This document shows, in pieces, positions 1-8,692 of a stretch of 64,000 bases of DNA. The position numbers were made by a program, and so were the translations under genes. Origin of the DNA: an uncultured Planctomycetia bacterium (GTDB taxonomy: Bacteria > Planctomycetota > MHYJ01 > WSZJ01 > CAZYRM01); assembly GCA_964649705.1 (NCBI GenBank), contig CAZYRM010000003.1, positions 29,850-93,849 on the forward strand, given 5' to 3'. The notes under the pieces were generated by a model. It was not told the DNA's origin. It saw only the letters and a program-made list of their open reading frames with translations, and made no database searches. The number at the start of each line of letters is the position of its first letter. The stretch's first letter is position 1.

Positions 1-1
1 C

Positions 2-1405
2 GTACGGACCGACCCTGGCGTCTACTTCCCATGGGACGCCTTCGTCCAGATGGTCCAGTCGAGGATGAACGGGGCGCCTCCCGCGCCGGCGAACCTGTCC
101 GCGAACGCCTACGCGAACGGCGGGACGGCCTCGGCCGACTTCTCGTGGTCGCCCTCGGCGGGGGCCGCGGGGTACTACGTCGACGTGGCGCAGTCCCAAA
201 GCGACCTGGTCGACATGACGGGCACCTTCCAGAACTGGGACGTCGGGACGAGCACGGCGGTGACGTGGAACGGCCTCGCCCCGAGCACGACGTACTTCTG
301 GCGCGTGTGGGCCTACAACGGCGCGGGAGGGAACCACGGGTACCCCGACGGTCCGTTCACGACGCCCGGCGGGAACCGCCTCCTCCTCGGCCTGGGACGG
401 GGCGGGAACGGCCGCGTGGACGTCGTCTCGGGCGACTGGGCCCACGAGGCGTGGATGTCGCAGGGCTGGGCGGCGTACAACGCGGCGAACGGGACGATGA
501 TGCCGGCCTGCGGCGACGTGAACGGGGACGGCGTGGACGAGGTCGTCTGCGGGCTGGGGACGTACACGCCAGCGGGCGGATGGGCGCCGATCCTCGACGG
601 GGCGACGTACGCCGTCGTGAGGTGGCTCCACCTCGACTGGAGCGCGTACCCCGCGGCGAACGGCGAGACCAGGCCCGCGGTGGGCGACTTCGACGGGGAC
701 GGCCGCGCGGAGATCGCCATCGGGATCGGGACGTACACGGCGTCGGGCGGTTGGGTCTACCTGTACGACGACGCCTCGGCGGACTACGCCTTCTTGCGGA
801 CGCTGCGGATCCCGTGGTCGGCCTACAACTCGGCGAACGGCTCGACGAGGCCGGCGGCGGGAGACGTGGACGGCGACGGGCGGGACGAGCTCGTCGTCGG
901 GCTGGGGACCTATCCTGGCCAGGGCGGCTGGAGCGCTGTGTACGATGACGCGGCCGGCGGGTGGGCGTTCCGGCAGTGGATTCGGATCGACTGGTCGGCC
1001 TACAACACGGCGAACGGGGACGTGAGGCCGGCGTGCGGGAACCTGGACGGGGACGCGGCGGAGGAGATCGTCCTCGGCCTCGGCCGCTACACCACGGGCG
1101 GCGGGTACGCTCGGATCGTGGACGACGCGGGGACGTCGTACGCGAAGCGGGGCTGGGCGCGGGCGAACTGGTCCACGTACAACTCGGCGAACGGCGAGGT
1201 GCGCCCAGCGGTGGGCGACGTCGACGGGGACGGGCGGGGCGAGATCGTCCTCGGGCTGGGGACGACCAGCGTCACGGGCGGCTGGGTCTACGTCGCGGGG
1301 GATGCCTCGCGGAACTACGGCGGGGTCCGCTGGGTGCGCGCCGATGACTCCGCCTATGACGTCGCCAACGGGGAGACCTGGCCCGCGGTCGGCCGCGTGC
1401 GGTAG
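2..1405 (+). CDS. Fibronectin type III + FG-GAP/VCBS-like repeat protein (5' end outside window)
   Basis: ORF open to window edge; Fn3-like segment (LAPSTTYFWRVWAYN) followed by >=7 repeats of 'P(A)xGDxDGDGxxE(I/L)' typical of FG-GAP/integrin-alpha beta-propeller blades; TAG stop 1403-1405. Confidence 0.7.
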   Translation, partial: VRTDPGVYFPWDAFVQMVQSRMNGAPPAPANLSANAYANGGTASADFSWSPSAGAAGYYVDVAQSQSDLVDMTGTFQNWDVGTSTAVTWNGLAPSTTYFWRVWAYNGAGGNHGYPDGPFTTPGGNRLLLGLGRGGNGRVDVVSGDWAHEAWMSQGWAAYNAANGTMMPACGDVNGDGVDEVVCGLGTYTPAGGWAPILDGATYAVVRWLHLDWSAYPAANGETRPAVGDFDGDGRAEIAIGIGTYTASGGWVYLYDDASADYAFLRTLRIPWSAYNSANGSTRPAAGDVDGDGRDELVVGLGTYPGQGGWSAVYDDAAGGWAFRQWIRIDWSAYNTANGDVRPACGNLDGDAAEEIVLGLGRYTTGGGYARIVDDAGTSYAKRGWARANWSTYNSANGEVRPAVGDVDGDGRGEIVLGLGTTSVTGGWVYVAGDASRNYGGVRWVRADDSAYDVANGETWPAVGRVR

Positions 1406-1857
1406 GGTCCCCGGGCCTCTGGTTCGCCGGCGAGCCGGTGTACGCCTTCCAGCCAGGTCGGGAGGCCCCCGGGTCAGGTTGGCTCGCTTTCCAGCCGGTC
1501 AGGCGGAATCGGGTTGCCTGGGTCCATTTCATGTAACTACTGGTAGAATATGATGCTGCGCCAGGACTCCGATGTGAGTCTGGGTGGCAGGAGGGTTGCC
1601 CATGATCTCTCTCAAGGAAGCACACTGCTGGGGCAAGGCGCCACGCGGGCGTCGTGGCAGTCACCCGCGTGGCACCCCCAGCCTTATCAAACGTACCAAC
1701 CCCCTCTGCACACAGGGGATGACCCCGATCGGTCGCGACCCCGACCGAGCGGGGTCCTCTATTTAAGGACTGGACCCGGCGGCCGGCTTCGGGCAGAATC
1801 CTCCCAACACAGGGGGAATGGGGCCCGAGGGGCCCCAGACACGGGGAGGTCCAATAC

Positions 1858-2196
1858 GTGAGGCATCTCCTGCTGGCATCGCTCGCACTGGCGATCACCG
1901 CGAGCACCGCCTTCGCGCAGGGTGGCTGAGGGTCGTCCGGCTACAGCTCGCCCGGGTATGGCGGGTACTACGGCGGATCCACCTACGGCTACTCCGACGG
2001 CCACCACAGCGGGACCCACTACGGGTACCACGACGGGTGGCACGGCGGCGTCCACTACGGCGAGTACGACACGCCGTACGGCAACAACTCCGGCTGGCAC
2101 GGCGGCACGCACTATGGCGGGCACACGACCTGGCACTCCGGCCATCACTACGGACAGCCCTACGAGCGGTACGACCCGTACGGCTGGTCAAGGTAG
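1858..2196 (+). CDS. Secreted Gly/Tyr/His-rich repeat protein with in-frame TGA at 1927-1929 (possible Sec recoding or pseudogene)
   Basis: GTG at 1858 preceded by GGGGAGG RBS; encodes signal peptide MRHLLLASLALAITASTAFAQGG then TGA, frame continues 89 codons (GSSGYSSPGYGGYYGG...HYGYHDGWHGG...) to TAG 2194-2196 with no internal start; hairpin GGACCCGGC/GCCGGGTCC follows. Confidence 0.3.
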
Positions 2197-2212
2197 CCCT
2201 CAGCCTCTGAAC

Positions 2213-2239
2213 GGACCCGGCGGCGCTGCTGCCGGGTCC
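2213..2239 (+). terminator. GC-rich hairpin (9-bp stem GGACCCGGC / GCCGGGTCC, 9-nt loop) after the G/Y/H-rich ORF; no U-tract
   Basis: Perfect inverted repeat read directly from sequence 17 nt after the TAG stop. Confidence 0.3.
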
Positions 2240-2310
2240 GATTCCATTCCGGACGCCCGAAACCCGCCCCGATCCGGCATTCCCCGTCTGGACGCAGATG
2301 GGAGCACCAG

Positions 2311-3591
2311 ATGAGACGAATCCCCCTCGCCGCGGCCGCTCTGGCCGCCGTCACCCTACTCCTCGCCGACCAGTCGCCCGACGAGGTCCGCAAGGCCATC
2401 GGCGACACCGAGGCCTCCGACGGCTGGGTCTACGACGACCTTCCCGCGGGCTTCGCGCAGGCGAAGCGGGAGGGCAAGCCGCTCTTCATCGTCTTCCGCT
2501 GAGTGCCCTGAAAGGGCTGCAAGGCCTTCGACGGGCAGGTTGCCCGTCTCGAGCAGGAACTCGCCGACCTCTCCTCGAAGTTCGTCTGCGTGCGCGTCGT
2601 CCAGATGCGCGGCGTCGACATCAGCCTCTTCCAGTTCGACTGGGACATGACCTGGGCGGCGATGTTCATGAACGCCGACCAGACGGTCTACGCCCGCTAC
2701 GGCTCCCGCGCCTCCGACCGCGACCACTCCGGCGACCTCGTCTCCGTCGCCGGCCTGCGCGCCTGCATGGAGCGCGTCCTCGATCTTCACGCGGCGTACC
2801 CCGGCAACAAGTCCCTCCTCGAGGGGAAGAAGGGAAAGCCCCTCAAGTGGCGCACGGCCGAGTCGATCCCGAACCTCGCGAGCCGCTTCAAGCAGACCGA
2901 CTTGCCGAAGGGCTGCATCCATTGCCACCACGTCACGATGGGCCTCCGCCGCGAGGCCGCCAACGCGAAGCGCCCCATCCCCGACAGCCTGCTCTGGCTC
3001 TACCCGCTGCCCGAAAACGTCGGCGTGAAGATCGCCATCGACGACGGCCGCCGCGTCGAGGCGGTGACGAAGGGCTCCGCCGCGGAGAAGGCGGGCGTCC
3101 TCGCGGGTGACGAGATCGAGTCGCTTGATGGCCAGGCCGTCACGTCGCCTGCCGACCTCCAGTGGGTCCTGCAGAACCTCGCCGACTCGGCCAGCCCGAA
3201 GGCGGTCGTGAGACGCGGATCCGAATCGAAGACGCTGACGCTTGCGCTCTCGGGGCCGTGGAAGCACTACGACATCGCTTGGCGCGAGTCGCTATGGGAC
3301 CTGCGCAGCGGCGTCGTGTGGGTGCCCCTGACGGACGACGAACGAAAGGCCGCCGGGCTCACCGGCGAGGTCCTCGGGCTCCGCGCGAAGTTCGTCGGGC
3401 CGCAGGGGAACGCGAAGAAGGGCCGTTTCCAGCAGGAGGACATCCTCGTCGAGGTGGACGGGAAGTCGGCGCCGATGACCGAAGGGGAGTTGATCGTCTT
3501 CCTCAGGCAGAAGCACGTCCCCGGCTCCAAGGTCCCGATGTCCGTCCTACGCGGGAAGAAGCGGGTCAAGCTGACGCTGGAGCTGAGCTAG
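2311..3591 (+). CDS. Secreted thioredoxin-fold selenoprotein candidate (UxxU active site, two in-frame TGA at 2500-2502 and 2509-2511) fused to two PDZ domains
   Basis: ORFs 2311..2502 and 2590..3591 are in the same frame separated only by TGA-GTG-CCC-TGA; the joined product reads signal peptide ... GKPLFIVFR-U-VP-U-KGCKAF (beta-strand + CxxC-type motif at a helix start, like thioredoxin WCGPCK); two PDZ-like segments (GVKIAIDDG...GDEIESLDGQAV and GLRAKFVGPQG...EDILVEVDGKS); TGA is a normal stop elsewhere in the window (valS, mlaF, hldE). Confidence 0.65.
2530..2548 (+). promoter_or_regulatory. Candidate bacterial SECIS element (stem GACGGGC / GCCCGTC, apical loop AGGUU)
   Basis: Perfect 7-bp GC stem with 5-nt loop containing GGU; apical loop lies 26 nt after the second UGA and 35 nt after the first, within the 16-37 nt window described for bacterial SECIS. 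Confidence 0.4.
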
Positions 3592-4600
3592 GACGCCGAT
3601 CGAACGCCTTCAGGAGCGGCCTCTCCACGACGAGATAGAACGCGACGCCCGCCAGGATCGCCAGGACCACGACGATGACGAATGCCGCGCCGTGGTGGAG
3701 CCTCGTGGGGACCCCCGCGGCGACGGCGAGCTTGGCGATGAGCGACAGCGCGGGCACGTGGGCGAGGAAGATGGCGTACGACGCGGCCCCGAGGAATGAG
3801 AGCATGCGAGGCACGCGCAGGCCTCCGGACCGCTCCGCCTCGGCCAGCCCCAGGACGACGCCCAGGCTGCCCACACCGTACGCAACCAGCAGCGCGGAGG
3901 CGCCCAGCCACCGCGTGTAGGTCTCCACGACGCCCGCCCCGAGGAAGACCACCGCTCCCAGGAGCGCGACCAGGCGCGGCGCGGGCACGGTCCGCCTCAC
4001 GTAGACGGCGGCTCCGAGCATCCCGAGGAAGAACTGGACATGCCGCAGGTCCCCCAGCAAGTCGAGCGGGAACGGGCGTGGCCCAGGCGGAAGCAGGATG
4101 AAGAGGAGCCACACCGCGAAGACGACCAGGCCGATCCGCCTGCCCGCGATGAAGGCGAGGAAGGCGGCGTAGAACAGGACCTCGTTGCAGAGGCTCCACG
4201 CGACGCCGAGGACGGGTCCGGGCGGGTGCCACACGAGCAGGAAGGAGCAGAGGATCGTGTCGGCCTCGCGCTCGTGCCCCACTCCCCAGTCCGGCCTGAA
4301 AAAGAAGACAGGCACGAGGAGCGCTGTGATCACCCAATACGGCGGGTAGATGCGTCGGAAGCGCTTCCAGGCGTAGGACGGCCAGCGCTCGGGGCGGCCG
4401 ATGTCGCCGCGGTGGGCATAGGCGATGATGAACCCGGAGAGGACGAAGAAGAAGTCGACGCCGGCGTGGCCGAAGTCGAAGAGGTCGCCGAACGGCTCCG
4501 CGCCCCAGTACTTCGACTTGGCGAAGATCGATCCGCTCGCGTGGAAGAGCAGGACGAGGATCGCCGCGGCGGCGCGGGCGGCCTGCAGGGAGTGGATCAT
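3566..4600 (-). CDS. Acyltransferase family 3 (OafA/NolL-like) integral membrane protein
   Basis: 344-aa ORF, ~10 predicted TM segments, N-terminal QAARAAAAILVLLFHA motif typical of acyltransferase_3. Confidence 0.8.
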   Translation of the reverse strand: MIHSLQAARAAAAILVLLFHASGSIFAKSKYWGAEPFGDLFDFGHAGVDFFFVLSGFIIAYAHRGDIGRPERWPSYAWKRFRRIYPPYWVITALLVPVFFFRPDWGVGHEREADTILCSFLLVWHPPGPVLGVAWSLCNEVLFYAAFLAFIAGRRIGLVVFAVWLLFILLPPGPRPFPLDLLGDLRHVQFFLGMLGAAVYVRRTVPAPRLVALLGAVVFLGAGVVETYTRWLGASALLVAYGVGSLGVVLGLAEAERSGGLRVPRMLSFLGAASYAIFLAHVPALSLIAKLAVAAGVPTRLHHGAAFVIVVVLAILAGVAFYLVVERPLLKAFDRRPSSAPASA

Positions 4601-4664
4601 TTGGGAGGGAGCATAGCGAGGAGGTACACGGGGGACAAGAGATGGGGAACACTCGGATGGGTCT

Positions 4665-4710
4665 CGATTCGATATCTGATATCTGACATCTGAGGTCTGA
4701 TATCAGATAT
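4665..4710. repeat. AT-rich palindromic element copy A (GATATCTGATATC family)
   Basis: cgatatctgatatctgacatctgaggtctgatatcagatatg; arms are reverse complements; member of family also at 4767, 35858, 37531, 50006, 50453. Confidence 0.75.
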
Positions 4711-4766
4711 GTTCCGGGCATCCGGCGTGGTCAGCAGTCGCCAAGGTGATCGCCAGGCCGCGCGGC

Positions 4767-4818
4767 TGGGGCCGATATCTGATATCAGACCTCAGATATC
4801 AGATATCAGATATCGGCC
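4767..4818. repeat. AT-rich palindromic element copy B
   Basis: ggccgatatctgatatcagacc tcagatatcagatatcagatatcggcc: 17-bp perfect terminal inverted repeat; lies in divergent promoter region between acyltransferase and mlaE. Confidence 0.75.
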
Positions 4819-4947
4819 GCCCAACCACGCCGCGGACCTCCACCACGTACTGCGGCCACCAAGCCCCGCCTCGACCTCCACCCGTCTCGTTGACTTCCCG
4901 TCCCCCCCGGGTACAATCCCTCGATTCCATCCTCTCCGAGGGGCGAC

Positions 4948-5757
4948 GTGGCCGACACGAAAGAGTCCTCCGAGCCCGCGATCTACGCCTTCTTCGGCGG
5001 GATCGGCCACGAGTTGCTGGCGATGTTCAGCGGCTTCGGCGCGTTCGGCCTCCTCTTCCTCCGCGTCATCGTACGCCTGTTCCGGAAGTGGCCCAGCCGG
5101 AAGATCCTGCTCCTCCAGATGTTCAACATCGGGCCGAAGTCGCTCGTGGTCGTCCTGACCACCGGCTGCTTCACCGGCGCCGTGATCGCCGTCCAGAGCT
5201 ACTTCCAGTTCAAGCGCATGCAGGTCGAGACCATGCTCGGCGCCATCGTCGGCGTCACCATGGTCAAGGAGCTCGGCCCCGTGCTCACGGGCCTCATGCT
5301 CGCCGGCCGCGTCGGCGCCGCCATGACCGCTGAGCTCGGCACGATGAAGGTCACCGAGCAGATCGACGCCCTCTCGGCCATGGCCACCGACCCGATCAGC
5401 CACCTCATCCTCCCCCGCTTCGTCGCCTGCGTCCTCCTCATGCCCATCCTCGCCATCCTCTCCGACACCGTCGGGATCCTCGGCGGCTACTTCCTCTCCG
5501 TGGTGGTCCTCGACGTCGATCACTTCTACTACGTCTACCACACCAAGGAATGGGTTGACGTCTGGGACATCCTCGGAGGCCTGATCAAGTCGTCGATCTT
5601 CGGCGCCCTGATGTGCCTCATCTGCTGCTACAAGGGCTTCAACTGCGGCCCCGGCGCCTCGGGCGTCGGCAAGGCGACCACGGAGAGCGTCGTCACCTCG
5701 AGCATCACGATTCTGATCAGCGACTTCTTCCTGACCGTCATGCTCTTCCGCATGTGA
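4948..5757 (+). CDS. mlaE: MlaE-family ABC transporter permease
   Basis: 269-aa multi-TM ORF with conserved MlaE/Ttg2B motifs (LGPVLTGLMLAGRVGAAMTAELGTMKVTEQIDAL). Confidence 0.85.
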   Translation: MADTKESSEPAIYAFFGGIGHELLAMFSGFGAFGLLFLRVIVRLFRKWPSRKILLLQMFNIGPKSLVVVLTTGCFTGAVIAVQSYFQFKRMQVETMLGAIVGVTMVKELGPVLTGLMLAGRVGAAMTAELGTMKVTEQIDALSAMATDPISHLILPRFVACVLLMPILAILSDTVGILGGYFLSVVVLDVDHFYYVYHTKEWVDVWDILGGLIKSSIFGALMCLICCYKGFNCGPGASGVGKATTESVVTSSITILISDFFLTVMLFRM

Positions 5758-5758
5758 G

Positions 5759-6589
5759 ATGGCCGAGACTCCGCTCATCGACATCGTCGACGTCCACAAG
5801 ACGCTGGGCGAGAAGCGCGTCCTCGCGGGCGTGAACCTCTCCATCGGGCGGGGGGAGTGCGTCTGCGTCATCGGCCAGAGCGGCACGGGAAAGAGCGTCC
5901 TCCTCAAGCACATCCTCGGCCTGATGGCGCCCGACAAGGGGCAGATCCTCGTCGAGGGGAAGGACATCACGAAGGCCACCATCCCCGAGTGGAACCTCTT
6001 CCGCCGCCGGGTCGGGATGGTCTTCCAGGGTTCCGCCCTCTTCGACTCGCTCACCGTCGGAGAGAACGTCGCGTTCGCCCTCCAGGAGCACACGGACCTC
6101 TCCGCGCGCCAGATCCGGAAGATCGTCGAGGAGAAGCTCTCGATCGTCGATCTTCCAGGGGTGGAGGGAAAGATGCCGGGCGAGCTGTCGGGCGGGATGC
6201 GGAAGCGCGTCGGGATCGCCCGCGGGCTCGCGACCGACCCCGAGATCATGCTCTTCGACGAGCCGACCACGGGCCTCGACCCCGTGCGCGCCGCGGAGGT
6301 GGACCACCTGGTGCTGCGCCTGCGCGACAAGCTGTCGAAGACGGTGATCGTGGTCACGCACGACATGGCGAGCGCCTACCGCATCGCCACGCGGATCGCC
6401 ATGCTTCACGACGGCACGATCCGCTTCCTCGGGACGCCCGCCGAGGTGAAGGGCGCGGAGGACCCGTTCGTCCACCAGTTCATCAACGGCCTGATCGAGG
6501 GGCCCATCAAGAGCGAGTCCACGCGGACCTGGCAGCGCGACGAGGGCGGCTCCCCCATCGTCGGGAGCGCGGGGAAGGGGGCGAACTGA
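5759..6589 (+). CDS. mlaF: MlaF-like ABC transporter ATP-binding protein
   Basis: Walker A GQSGTGKS, signature LSGGMRKRVGIARGLA, Walker B IMLFDEPTTGLD; starts 2 nt after mlaE stop. Confidence 0.9.
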   Translation: MAETPLIDIVDVHKTLGEKRVLAGVNLSIGRGECVCVIGQSGTGKSVLLKHILGLMAPDKGQILVEGKDITKATIPEWNLFRRRVGMVFQGSALFDSLTVGENVAFALQEHTDLSARQIRKIVEEKLSIVDLPGVEGKMPGELSGGMRKRVGIARGLATDPEIMLFDEPTTGLDPVRAAEVDHLVLRLRDKLSKTVIVVTHDMASAYRIATRIAMLHDGTIRFLGTPAEVKGAEDPFVHQFINGLIEGPIKSESTRTWQRDEGGSPIVGSAGKGAN

Positions 6590-6590
6590 C

Positions 6591-7577
6591 GTGGCCTCCT
6601 CCCGCGCGGAACGTGTGCTCGGCGTGCTCGTCGTGATCGGGGTGGTCGCGGCCCTCTGGTCGGCCGTCGAGGCGATCCACGACCGGTACTGGCCGAAGGT
6701 GTACCGCGTCGTCGCCTACTTCGAGGACGCGAGGGGCATCGCCGAGGGGACGCCGATCCGGATCGCCGGCGTCCGCGCGGGGTGGGTGCTCGAGATCATC
6801 CCGCCGGGCTTCGACGCGCCGGCGCCGACCTTCGACCTCACCGGCCTGCCCGACGCCGAGAAGCAGAAGCGCGTGAAGATCGTCCTCGGCATCCTCGACC
6901 CGATCCGGATCCACACCCACAAGGTCCGCGTGGCGTCCATGGGCCTCATCCAGGAGCGCTACCTCGCGATCGACGTCGGCCACGAGGACCCCGTCCCCCG
7001 ATCCGGGGCCGCTGTCCTCGGCGAGCTGGACGTCTCGCTCGACAGCGTCGGCGACGCGGCGAGGAACGTCCAGGGGATCTTCAGCGACAGCGAGCTCCAG
7101 CAGCGGATCGGGCGATTCGGGGACGAGATGAAGGGACTGATCGGCGGGTTCAACCGGATCGTGGAGCGCGGCCCGGACGCGCTCAAGCGGGCCCAGGGGA
7201 CGTTCCGCGTCGTGGGCGACGACGCCAACGCGATGATCGAGGCCTCCTCGGACGCCATCGCCCGCACCCAGGCCAATTCCGCGGGGATCTCGGACCAGTT
7301 CGGAGTGACTCGCGAGCGGATCGAGCGGGTCCGCTCCGAGTTCCAGGCCCTCTCCGAGGCCGCGAAGGAGATGCAGGGCCACGTCGAGTCGGGAAAGGGC
7401 AACCTCGGACGATTCGCCTCGGACCCCTCGCTCTCGGAGTCGATCGAGGGCGTCTCGGGGGCGAAGACGAAGCTCGCATACGACCGAAGCAAGTCGGAGC
7501 CGATGAGCAAGGGCACGCGCTCGCTGCTCAAGGCGGCGAAGGCGATCCTCTTCTTCCTGGAGCCGTCGGACAAGTAG
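6591..7577 (+). CDS. mlaD: MCE/MlaD-family substrate-binding protein
   Basis: GTG start overlapping mlaF stop; N-terminal TM helix then MCE domain (YRVVAYFEDARGIAEGTPIRIAGVRAG). Confidence 0.75.
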   Translation: MASSRAERVLGVLVVIGVVAALWSAVEAIHDRYWPKVYRVVAYFEDARGIAEGTPIRIAGVRAGWVLEIIPPGFDAPAPTFDLTGLPDAEKQKRVKIVLGILDPIRIHTHKVRVASMGLIQERYLAIDVGHEDPVPRSGAAVLGELDVSLDSVGDAARNVQGIFSDSELQQRIGRFGDEMKGLIGGFNRIVERGPDALKRAQGTFRVVGDDANAMIEASSDAIARTQANSAGISDQFGVTRERIERVRSEFQALSEAAKEMQGHVESGKGNLGRFASDPSLSESIEGVSGAKTKLAYDRSKSEPMSKGTRSLLKAAKAILFFLEPSDK

Positions 7578-7587
7578 GAGGTCGACC

Positions 7588-8682
7588 GTGGACGAACGCA
7601 AGCTGGAATTGAGGCTCGGGATCTTCGTGACCCTCGGCCTCACGGTCTTCTGCGCCGTCGTGATCTACTTCCTGAAGGAAGGGGCCTTCCTGAACACCTA
7701 CCGCGTCACGGCCTACTTCGAGGACGTGACCGGCGTGGACGCGAAGAGCCCCGTCCAGATGGGCGGCGTGAAGATCGGGAAGGTCGAGCGGATCGACCCG
7801 CCGATCAAGGAGGACATCGAGGCGGCCCGCGGGAAGTCGGGCATCGCCATGACCGACCAGCAGATCAAGGAAGCCGAGGGGCGCGGCGACTACTCCCACC
7901 TCCCCGAAGGTCAGAAGCGCGCGCGGATCAAGGTCGTCATCCAGATCGAGCCCAGCTACCGCATCCGATCGCGCACGATCCGCATCGCGTCGAAGGGGCT
8001 CATCGGCGACAAGTTCCTCGAGTTCAAGCTCTCCGAGGCCGAGTTCAGCGGCGACGCGCTGCCGACGGACGGGACCGGCGAGGTCGAGGGAGAGACGCCC
8101 ACGAGCCAGGAGGAGCTGCTGAAGGGGGTCCAGAAGACGCTCGAGTTCTTCGGCGACCCGGCCCTCAAGGAGCGCGTGAACAACTTCCTCGACGAGGCCA
8201 CCACGCTGTTCCGCAAGGGGCAGCCGGTCCTCGACGACACCGACAAGCTGCTCGTGAACGTCGACAAGATGGTCATGACGCTCGGCGAGGACACCCACGT
8301 CATGATGGGGAGCGTCACGGACCAGGTGACGCGAACCTCCGACACGCTGAACGGGTTCATGATCTCGTTCGACCCGACCCGGGAGAAGCTGAACAACAAC
8401 CTGGACGAGCTGGAGAAGAGCCTCGTCTCGTTCCGGGGCGTCGTGGAGGACATCAAGTCGGGCCAGGGGTCGATCGGGAAGCTGTACAAGGACGAGGAGC
8501 TGTACGAGCGGCTCGTCTCGGTCGCCGACTCGGCCCAGCTCACGCTGGAGGACGCGGACACGGCCATCCTGTTCCTGACCGACAACCCGGCGAGCCTCAT
8601 CTGGGGGCGGGACGAGCGGAAGGAGCCGATCGAGCGACTGGAGTCCAGGCCGCGGTCGGCGTACACGCCGCCGAATCAGTAG
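7588..8682 (+). CDS. Second MCE-domain protein (MlaD paralog)
   Basis: N-terminal TM helix + MCE domain (YRVTAYFEDVTGVDAKSPVQMGGVKIGKV); same operon. Confidence 0.75.
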   Translation: MDERKLELRLGIFVTLGLTVFCAVVIYFLKEGAFLNTYRVTAYFEDVTGVDAKSPVQMGGVKIGKVERIDPPIKEDIEAARGKSGIAMTDQQIKEAEGRGDYSHLPEGQKRARIKVVIQIEPSYRIRSRTIRIASKGLIGDKFLEFKLSEAEFSGDALPTDGTGEVEGETPTSQEELLKGVQKTLEFFGDPALKERVNNFLDEATTLFRKGQPVLDDTDKLLVNVDKMVMTLGEDTHVMMGSVTDQVTRTSDTLNGFMISFDPTREKLNNNLDELEKSLVSFRGVVEDIKSGQGSIGKLYKDEELYERLVSVADSAQLTLEDADTAILFLTDNPASLIWGRDERKEPIERLESRPRSAYTPPNQ

Positions 8683-8692
8683 GGAGACGACG

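Noticed and set aside
31-948. Numerous long Arg/Gly/Pro-rich ORFs overlapping real genes on either strand (e.g. 31..948, 3588..4721, 20687..22075, 36207..37412, 37708..39978, 39356..42265, 43564..47484, 16089..16862)
   Set aside because: Typical off-frame or antisense open frames of high-GC DNA. They have R/P/G-dominated composition and no motifs, and they overlap ORFs with clear family signatures.
1406-1857. tRNA/tmRNA/RNase P/SRP RNA in the 450-bp gap upstream of the G/Y/H ORF (and in other long gaps)
   Set aside because: No T-loop GTTCGA motif and no conserved RNase P or SRP boxes were found by eye. Only a promoter-like AT patch (tttcatgtaactactggtagaat) and a small hairpin (ggggccc ga ggggcccc) are visible. 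Left unannotated.
2500-2511. Alternative genetic code (UGA=Gly/Trp) as explanation for in-frame TGAs
   Set aside because: TGA clearly terminates valS, mlaF, hldE and other well-defined genes here, and the genome is high-GC, unlike code-4/25 lineages. Local Sec recoding or a pseudogene are the remaining options.
2298-3110. Alternative frame ORF across the selenoprotein region
   Set aside because: Arg-rich artefact. The frame starting at 2311 carries the signal peptide, thioredoxin motif and PDZ domains.
4665-4818. CRISPR array interpretation of the GATATC repeats
   Set aside because: Copies are dispersed tens of kb apart and internally palindromic. There are no regular repeat-spacer units and no cas genes.
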